Of a DNA stretch of 64,000 bases, positions 55,078-64,000 are shown in pieces. The translations under genes were made by a program, and so were the position numbers. Every line of letters begins with the position of its first letter. The stretch's first letter is position 1. Origin of the DNA: the human T2T-CHM13v2.0 reference genome, Homo sapiens. The notes beneath the pieces were generated by a model that was not told where the DNA came from, ran no database searches, and saw nothing but the letters and a program-made list of their open reading frames with translations. The stretch lies in NCBI RefSeq assembly GCF_009914755.1, contig NC_060931.1. One strand, written 5' to 3'.

Positions 55078-55790
55078 CTCCAGGAGGTGCGTGATGTGGC
55101 TGGTGCCCATCCATCCTGTATGATGATAAACTCGTCCAGGAGCGAGATGTGGCCGGTGCCCATCCATCCTGTATGATGGTAAACTCGTCCAGGAAGTGTG
55201 TGATGTGGCCGGTGCCCATCCATCCTGTATGACGGTGAACTTGTCCAGGAGCGAGATGTGGCTCGTGCCCATCCATCCCATATGATCGTAAACTCGTTCA
55301 GGAAGTATGCGACGTGGCCAGCGCCCATCCATCCTGTATGATGGTGAACTTATCCAGGAGCGAGATGTGGCCGGTGCCCATCTATCCCATATGATTGTAA
55401 ACTCGTCCAGGAAGTGTGTGATGTGGCCGGTGCCCATCCATCCTGTATGACGGTGAACTCGTCCAGGAGCGAGATGTGGCTGGTGCCCATCCATCCCATA
55501 TGATGGTAAACTCGTCCAGGAAGTGTGTGACGTGGGGGGCGCCCATCCATCCTGTATGATGGTGAACTTGTCCAGGAGCGAGATGTGGCCGGTGCCCATC
55601 CATCCCATATGATGGTAAACTCGTCCAGGAAGTGTGTGACGTGGGGGGGCGCCCATCCATCCTGTATGATGGTGAATTTGTCCAGGAGCGAGATGTGGCC
55701 GGTGCCCATCTATCCCATATGATTGTAAACTCGTTCAGGAAGTGTGTGACGTGGCCGGAGCCCATCCATCCTGTATGATGGTAAACTTGA
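55078..55790. repeat. Higher-order minisatellite of alternating 53/56-bp monomers (109-bp dimer, ~6.5 dimers)
   Basis: (C/T)CAGGA anchors at 55080, 55136, 55189, 55245, 55298, 55354, 55407, 55463, 55516, 55572, 55625, 55682 and 55735. Confidence 0.95.
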
Positions 55791-56190
55791 TGGAGCATAG
55801 TTCCGGGAGCAGCTCTCCTGGGTTTTAGGAAATTGGGGAGGGTGTGGAGATGCAGCCGTTAGTATGATGATCTTATCCGCTGCTTCAATTTCCTTCCAGA
55901 TAAATTTCAATATTTTGCATTTCTTCTGGTCACAACTCTCATCCATGGACATTTTAGGAGTAACAAGCTGCTCATTTCCATAAATCAGCATTGTGGCTTT
56001 CTGAGTCGAATCGGACAGGACGTGGGCAGCTGGCGCTGTTGGTCTCCACTCCTCACTGGGCTGAGGCGCACTGAACCCAGAAACCAACACTGCAGCCCCA
56101 GATTCTCTCTGACCTGGTGCCGAAAGAAGGAGCTGGCGGATTTCTCCTCTGCCAACGTCCTTCGAAACTCTCTGTAGTACTTTCTATCCG

Positions 56191-56699
56191 CCAATCAATG
56201 AGCCAGCAAAATTCCCTGTGATCAATCCATCAATTCCACCCACCAATCAGTGAGCCAGCAGTACTCCCTGTGATCAATCCATCAATTCCACCCACCAATC
56301 AGTGAGCCAGCAGCACTCCCTGTGATCAATCCATCAATTCCACCCACCAATCAGTGAGCCAGCAGCACTCCCTGTGATCAATCCATCAATTCCACCCACC
56401 AATCAGTGAGCCAGCAGCACTCCCTGTGATCAATCCATCAATTCCACCCACCAATCAGTGAGCCAGCAGCACTCCCTGTGATCAATCCATCAATTCCACC
56501 CACCAATCAGTGAGCCAGCAGCACTCCCTGTGATCAATCCATCAATTCCACCCACCAATCAGTGAGCCAGCAGCACTCCCTGTGATCAATCCATCAATTC
56601 CACCCACCAGTGAGCCAGCAGCACTCCCTGTGATCAATCCATCAATTCCACCCACCAATCAGTGAGCCAGCAGCACTCCCTGTGATCAATCCATCAATT
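56191..56699. repeat. Minisatellite, 52-bp unit (CCAATCAGTGAGCCAGCAGCACTCCCTGTGATCAATCCATCAATTCCACCCA), ~10 copies
   Basis: CCAATC at 56191, 56243, 56295 and onward; one unit carries a 4-bp deletion near 56607. Confidence 0.97.
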
Positions 56700-57489
56700 G
56701 ATCAGTCGACCCACCCGCTGGCTACCAGGGGCACCCAGCGCAGCTGCGCTCACAGGGAAGTCAGGGCGAGCGGGCGGCTCCAGACAGAAACGTGGGTGTG
56801 CTTGTGTGTGCAGAGTGCACGCTCACAGAGGGGAAGCCACGGGGCTGCGGGCCCAGCCTCCAGTGAGCCTGGAGCCGGCCTGCAGGGAGGACCCCAGGCG
56901 GGTGTGGGGACCCACCTTAGGAGGACAGACGCACATGAGGCTACGGGGCTTGTTGTCATGAACCCCAAATGTGTTGTCAATAAGAGCACCGGACCCAGCT
57001 TTCAATGCTTCTCTTAGCAAAACCAGGGATTTTCCTGCAGCTGTGAACATTGACCTGTCCGCCTACTCCCCGAGCCACAGATCTGGGGAAAGAATGCATG
57101 TAGCCTGCTGTGGGTGGTGAATGGAGCTGGGGCAGTGATGAGCTACTTCTTGCCTTTTGTCAGGAAAAGAAGCTGGATAGATTTCTCTTCTCTTCCTTTG
57201 AGAATGAGTGAAGAGGGAAGATAAAAGCCAGCAACCAGGGACAGCTGAAAATATGGTTTCAGTAAGAGACAGGCCACAGCGTCCTGAGCCCCCTAGGACA
57301 AGCAGACCTTCCAGGAGGATTTCCTAAGGTGGCTGGAAGAGAACTCTGCTACCCTTTCCAACGAAGATGCAAGACACACAGCCTCTCTAAAAACAGGAGC
57401 AGAAACACACAACACAACGGGAAAAACAGGGTGTCATAAAAACAGAACCGTTACCAAGTTATGAAGGCAAAGAGCTGGAACTGGGAGAG

Positions 57490-58700
57490 ATGAGAAATAA
57501 CTGTGAGGAAATTAAAACTACAATAGCAGAGTTAAAATTCACATTGAGGCGGCAGAGCAGAACTGACTACAGTTCACAACCGAACCCACAAAGCTCTTCG
57601 AGAATCACGAGCAAAGCACAAAAGATGCTAAAAGAGGGGATATTAGAGACGTACGGCACAGGAAAGAGACTCGTCCTAAGGATGGGGGAGAGTTTGCGAG
57701 AAGAAGCTAGAATGACTAGTAGGAAGAACAGGAAACAGGGATCTGCAGCAATGCCTCGGCTCTCAGGGCGCTCGGGAGGGTGCAGGGGCGAAATTAACAA
57801 CATAGCCGAAGGGTGCACTGCAAATGCGTGGGAAACAATGGCTTATTCAAGAAACTAGAGTTTACTTGGGGGAAGGTCCTAGTTTATCCCTCACTTCACA
57901 CACATTACAACCACCAGAAATGATCCAGATACATTAACACATTAATGGAACCATAAAAATAACAAATAAAAACTTGTGTTTCACTGATGACAGGATGAGC
58001 AAGCACTTTCTAAACATGAGAGCGATTGACAAAATCTTAAAGGAAACGACTGTGCATTTGAATCCACCAGAGCTCAGCCTTTCTGAACTTCAGACAGTAC
58101 AACAAGCAACGTTAGACACAGACAAGCCTGGCAGAACATTGGCCAAAAGTAAGAGGCAAAAACAAATATGAAGAGTACTCGTGAGTCTATTTCAGAAAAT
58201 TCACACTCCCATAGGAAAATTCATGAAGAGATTATCCCAGGAAGCAGAACCATCAATAATCAAGTATGATAAAATGTTTAAATCTACAATAAATCAAAAA
58301 CTATAAATTAAACCAATGATAAGATGCTATCGTTTGCCCTAAATAATTGCATGCACTTAAATGAAGTCCTAACCCTTGGTGTTAAGTGAGTGGATGATGG
58401 CAGGTTTATTGGACTTGCCAGATGCACCTGCATTTGTTGGAGATATTAGTTCAACTGGATAAGAGGAATTGAGGTATTTAGAAGAGCTTGCACCATTTCA
58501 CATAGTAGTTAGATTTCTAGGAGTGTATCCTAAAGAAACAGTAAGCCACATAGATTGAATGTATGCCCAAGGATATTAATTGCAGCAAGACTTATGATAA
58601 TGAAATACTAGAAACAAGCTAAATGTTCAACAATAGCACATGGGTTGAAGAACTTACAGCAGAACCACATAAAGACCAAAGTGTTCCTCAGAAGCATATT
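57490..58700 (+). mobile_element. Highly decayed L1 (L1ME-like) fragments
   Basis: AATTAAAACTACAATAGCAGAGTTAAAATTCACA (ORF1-like), TTTCTAGGAGTGTATCCTAAAGAAAC and CTAGAAACAAGCTAAATGTTCAACAATAG (ORF2/3'UTR-like). Confidence 0.65.
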
Positions 58701-58985
58701 TTAAAGACAATTTGATAAGGCACACATACAAACTGAAAAGCAAAATAAAGACACACACACACACACACACACACATCCTAAAAGAATATCAAATAGTAAG
58801 CATTTTCTAAGTTTTCCACGCTAAGTGTTCAATAGACACAAAACAAGTATTTTAACAAAAATATGATTTCCTGACAGATAATATAGAAGAGGTTTGGCCT
58901 ATGTCATGACCATGTCCTGGCCTGGACCATTTTTAATTGCTCCAGAGACTTCCAAATTGTGTCACCAAATCTACAACTGTGTGTC

Positions 58986-59802
58986 CATTCATCCATCCAT
59001 CCATCCATCCATCCCCCGACCAAACCACCCACTTACTCATCCATCTACCCACCCACCCTGCACTCACCACCACCTGTCCACTCACCACCACCTGTCCACT
59101 CACCACCACCTGTCCACACGTCTGCCCTTCCATGCATCCCTCCATCCACCCACCCATCCACCCACCACCACCTGTCCACCCACCCACCCATCCACACATC
59201 TGCCTTTCCATGTGTCCCTCCACCCATCCACCCACCCATCCACTCACCACCACCTGTCCACCTGCCTGCCCATCCACCCGTCCACCCTTCCATGTGTCCC
59301 TCCACCCACCCACCCATCCACTCACCACCACCTGTCCACCTGCCCACCCATCCACGCATCTGCCCTTCCATGTGTCCCTCCATCCACCCACCCATCCACC
59401 CACCTATCCACTCACCACCACCTGTCCACCTGCCCACCCATCCACACATCCGCCCTTCCATGTGTCCCTCCATCCACCCACCCATCCACCCACCACCACC
59501 TGTCCACCCGCCCACCCATCCACACATCCGCCCTTCCATGTGTCCCTCCACCCATCCACCCACCCATCCACTCACCACCACCTGTCCACCTGCCCACCCA
59601 TCCACACATCCGCCCTTCCGTGTGTCCCTCCATCCACCCACCCATCCACCCACCCATCCACTCACTACCACCTGTCCACCTGCCCACCCATCCACACATC
59701 CACCCTTCCATGTGTCCCTCCACCCATCCACCCACCCATCCACTCACCACCACCTGTCCACCCACCTGCCCATCGACACGTCCCTCCATCTACCCACCCA
59801 CC
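58986..59802. repeat. CCAC/CCAT-based minisatellite with a ~75-87-bp composite unit
   Basis: Recurring CACCACCACCTGTCCACC...CCCTTCCATGTGTCCCTCCA. Confidence 0.95.
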
Positions 59803-60365
59803 CAGAGAATTGCTCGCTTGTTGTGTGCTGTGGGCCAGGCTCTGAGGTTTATGGACGGCTAGGACATTATTAATGCCCATGGGGGATGTAGTGTCTGATG
59901 GAAGAGGTGGTGGAGGGGGGAGGCTGTTTTGATGCAGAGTCATCCGAGATGGCTCAGAAGGGGCACCATGAGGAGCCAGGGCCATGTACCACATTCTGTG
60001 GAGGTCGACTCCCCAGCACACGCACCCAGGAACACCCTGGGCTTGACAGCCTCTGCTGGGTCATGCCCTCTTGCTCTGTGCCTGAGTCCTTCGCACTCCT
60101 GCCGTCTGCAAGGACACGGTGCATCCAGCCCCCGCAGGGCAGGGCTCACATCCTCCATGACCCTCACAAGGACACAGTGTATCCAGCCTCCACAGGGCAG
60201 GACTCACATCCTCCTTCACTCCATGACCCTTCCTTGTTGCCGCCACACGTCTGTTGCACCTGTTAGACACGGAGCCTTGGACTCAGGGGTGGGTCCCGTG
60301 GATCTCACAGCCCTGCTGCCCAGCATAGGACACACAAGTGACTCAGTGGAGTCCGACACTTGCTG

Positions 60366-61486
60366 AGTGGATGGCAAGGGAGAAAGCTCCTCTCCACCGT
60401 GGCTACTCCAGTTCCTCTCACAGTGGATGGCACGGGAGAAAGCTCCTCTCCACTATGCCTACTCCAGTTCCTCTCGTAGTGGATGGCACGGGAGAAAGCT
60501 CCTCTCCGCCGTGCCTACTCCAGTTCCTCTCATAGTGGATGGTACGGGAGAAAGCTCCTCTCCACTATGCCTACTCCAGTTCCTCTCATAGTGGATGGCA
60601 CGGGAGAAAGCTCCTCTCCACTATGCCTACTCCAGTTCCTCTCATAGTGGATGGTACGGGAGAAAGCTCCTCTCCACTATGCCTACTCCAGTTCCTCTCA
60701 TAGTGGATGGCACGGGAGAAAGCTCCTCTCCGCCGTACCTACTCCAGTTCCTCTCGTAGTGGATGGCATGGGAGAAAGCTCCTCTCCGCCGTGCCTACTC
60801 CAGTTCCTCTCGTAGTGGATGGCATGGGAGAAAGCTGCTCTCTGCCGTGGCTACTCCAGTTCCTCTCATAGTGGATGGCACGGGAGAAAGCTCCTCTCCG
60901 CCGTGGCTACTCCAGTTCCTCTCATAGTGGATGGCACGGGAGAAAGCTCCTCTCCACCGTGGCTACTCCAGTTCCTCTCATAGTGGATGGCATGGGAGAA
61001 AGCTCCTCTCCACCGTGGCTACTCCAGTTCCTCTCATAGTGGATGGCATGGGAGAAAGCTCCTCTCCACCGTGGCTACTCCAGTTCCTCTCGTAGTGGAT
61101 GGCACGGGAGAAAGCTCCTCTCCGCCGTGGCTACTCCAGTTCCTCTCGTAGTGGATGGCACGGGAGAAAGCTCCTCTCCGCCGTGGCTACTCCAGTTCCT
61201 CTCGTAGTGGATGGCACGGGAGAAAGCTCCTCTCCGCCGTGGCTACTCCAGTTCCTCTCGTAGTGGATGGCACGGGAGAAAGCTCCTCTCCGCCGTGGCT
61301 ACTCCAGTTCCTCTCGTAGTGGATGGCACGGGAGAAAGCTCCTCTCCACTGTGGCTACTCCAGTTCCTCTCGTAGTGGATGGCATGGGAGAAAGCTCCTC
61401 TCCACCGTGGCTACTCCAGTTCCTCTCGTAGTGGATGGCACGGGAGAAAGCTCCTCTCCGCCGTGGCTACTCCAGTTCCTCTCGTC
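60366..61486. repeat. Minisatellite, 56-bp unit (AGTGGATGGCACGGGAGAAAGCTCCTCTCCGCCGTGGCTACTCCAGTTCCTCTCGT), 20 copies
   Basis: Exact 56-bp periodicity (60366, 60422, 60478 and onward). Confidence 0.98.
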
Positions 61487-61611
61487 TTCCCTGGGGTGGC
61501 TACAGTGTTCTTGTCTTCGTGAAGTTGCCTCTGATTCCATCCTCTAAAAGCCAATGACATATTTGGCACAAGACAGATTAGCACGTAATTGTTCTTTACT
61601 GAATTGGTATC

Positions 61612-62915
61612 TGACTGTGTGAGTTGACTGAAGCATGTATAGTCGTATGTGTATCTGAGTGTGTTTGAATGTATGTGCATGACTGTGAGTGCATGTTCAT
61701 CACTGTCAGTGTGTCACTGTGTCCATATGTGTGGCTGCATGTGAGTGTATGACTGTGTGTGTCTGTGTGGCTGTGTGGGAGTGTGTATGTGGTGGAGTGT
61801 GTGTGGCGTGTGTTTGTGTTTGTGAGAGAGACTGTGTGTGTGTCTGGCTGTGTGTGTGGTTGTGTGACTGTGTGGGAGTGTATGTGAATGTGCATGTGTG
61901 GCTGTGTCTATGTGTCTGTCTGTGTGTGTGACTTTGTATTACTCTGTGTGTGTGTGTGTGTGTGAGAGATTGTGTGTGTGACTGTGTGAGCATGTGGCTA
62001 TGTGGAGTGCAAGGGCCTGTGTGGGAATGTGTCTGTGTATGACTGTGTGGCTATGTGTAGTGTGTGTGACTGTGTAGCTGTGTGGAATGTGTATGTGCAA
62101 CTGTGTGGGAGTGCATGTCTGTGTGACTGTGTGACTGTGTGGCTGTGTGAAGTGTGTGTGGCTGTGTGCGTGACTATGTAACCATGTGTGGCTGTGTGGC
62201 CATATGTGACTGTGTGACCAGGTGTGACTGTGTGGCCACGTGTGACTGTGTGACTGTGTGTGACTGTGTGACCGTGTGGAGTGTGTGTGACTGTGTAACC
62301 ATGTGTGACTGTGTGGCCATATGTGACTGTGTGACTGTGTGTGACTGCGTGTGACTGTGTGGCCACGTGTGACTGTGTGACCACATTTGACTGTGTGGCC
62401 GTGTGTGACTGTGTGTGACTGTGTGACTGTGTGTGACTGTGTGACCACATGGAGTGTGTGTGACTGTGTAACTATGTGTGATTGTGTGGCCATATGTGAC
62501 TGTGTGACCGCGTGTGACTGTGTGACTGTGACTGTGTGGCCGTCACTGTTACCACATGTGACTGTGTGGCCCTGTGTGACTGTGTGACCGTGTGTGACTG
62601 TGACCGCGTGTGACTGTGTGGCCACGTGTGACTGTGTGACTGTGTGTGACTGTGTAACCGCGTGTGACTGTGTGGCCGCGTGTGACTGTGTGACCGTGTG
62701 ACTGTGTGACTGTGTGGCCACGTGTGACTGTGTGACCGCGTGTGACGTGTGGCCGCGTGTGACTGTGTGGCCGCGTGTGACTGTGTGACCGCGTGTGACT
62801 GTGTGACCGTGTGTGACTGTGTGACCGCGTGTGACTGTGTGACCGCGTGTGACTGTGTGGCCACGTGTGACTGTGTGACTGTGTGACTGTGTGGAGTGTG
62901 TGTGACTGTGTAACC
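61612..62915. repeat. (TG)-rich array grading into (TGTGAC)n-type repeats
   Basis: Direct inspection. Confidence 0.94.
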
Positions 62916-64000
62916 ATGTCCAGGCAGGGTGTGGGAGTGGAGAGGGTACGGGACGGGAGCTGCAGACAACATCCGAGCCGGCCGAAGCCCACAGAGCAGG
63001 CCCCGTGTTGGGGGGAAGTTGGAATTTAGGGAGTGGTGCTGGATTCTGGACAGTGGATGACCCGATGCTGACGCTGGCACCTGATCACTCACAGCCGCCA
63101 CCAGGCAGCATCCAGAGCCTCCAGCGTTTTCACCCAGTGGGTTGCTGCTGCTCAGCAGTCAGGGGGACAGGTTGTTTCTTCCTGGTCTCAGGCCACAGGA
63201 CCCCTGAAGAGGAGCCCCGTCCTCAGACCCCTCCAGGAGCCAGAAGTGTTTCTTCTTGGAGAGGTGAGGGGCTGGGCGCCCTCTCAGGCAGTGCCCAGGG
63301 AGAAGCACCGGCGGGGGCTGGAGCCACCACCTCACCGCCTGCCTGCCCCCTCCTCCTCTCTCAACGTCCAGTCTGCAGGGCAACCTGCAATTCACAACGG
63401 CCGCTGCCTGGCCTGGGAGCTCTGCAGTGCCTTCTGCTGGAAGTGCCAGCCGTGTCCGCCCTGCACTCGCTCCCAGCACAGGGCAGAGGCGGTCGCAGAG
63501 CTGCATGATCTACTTTTAAGTTCTGTGAAAGTCCTTCTGCAGTAACAGTTCATGCGCTGGCCACGATGGCAGCAAGGGCAGCTTTAAGTTAATTCAGGCT
63601 GTTTTTGGAACAGGCTATGGGGTCTTGAAAGCTTCTTCACCGCCTTCACTCCCCACACGCTCCCTGTCACTGGCTGAACATCGGTGAAGAGACAAAACTG
63701 TGAACGAGGACATTATCTAAAGTGCAGAGCCCCACATGGTGGGAAGCTCAAATGCTCACTAACAGGTCGGCCTTCCTTTTCCTGATAGTTTTTCAAACTT
63801 ACCGTATTGTACGTGGCTTTAAGTGAAACTTGAGTGAAGGATCCTCCCCTTCCCACCCCACCCGCAGGTGATGATTTTGAAAAGCTCCCCCAAAGGAACC
63901 CTAAATTAGTCTTAAACACACACACAAATCTATCTGAGGCAGGGAAACTGCCCATTAAGGGCCAGTAATTACCCGAGGCTGCTGGGGTGCCTGCCTGGAA

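Noticed and set aside
58894-59873. Three ~300-aa Pro/His/Thr-rich ORFs (extensin/mucin-like)
   Set aside because: All three + frames are open because the CCAC/CCAT repeat lacks stops; an artefact.
60366-61486. CRISPR-like appearance (regular palindromic repeats), also considered for the 48.3 and 56.2 kb arrays
   Set aside because: Units are head-to-tail with no unique spacers, there are no cas genes, and the context is primate DNA with Alus.

Overview
Primate (most likely human) genomic DNA: GC-rich and extremely dense in minisatellites, typical of a distal/subtelomeric chromosome band. I cannot name the locus from sequence alone. I find no credible protein-coding exon, RNA gene or prokaryotic-type element. 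Many of the longest ORFs in the track are translations of tandem repeats or transposon remnants, and I recognise no protein domain in the rest. The window holds five Alus (four with visible target-site duplications), THE1C/MST/MLT1 solo LTRs, MER1A and Tigger4 DNA transposons, L1/L2/MIR fragments, more than 20 tandem arrays and about 9 two-copy tandem duplications. The most interesting signals are non-coding. (i) Several VNTRs each multiply a different transcription-factor motif: p53 half-site plus E-box, ZEB/SNAI E-box, YY1 in a CpG-dense unit, and NF-Y plus PBX-HOX. (ii) There are fossil signs of intense recombination or break repair: a strongly AT->GC-shifted L1/MLT1 tract, a 42-bp templated insertion, PRDM9-like motifs in arrays, and repeats born inside transposons. 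(iii) A few homeobox/SOX/TCF-rich AT islands look like developmental enhancers. All functional interpretations are inference. Repeat-family calls come from remembered consensus sequences and need Dfam/RepeatMasker confirmation.
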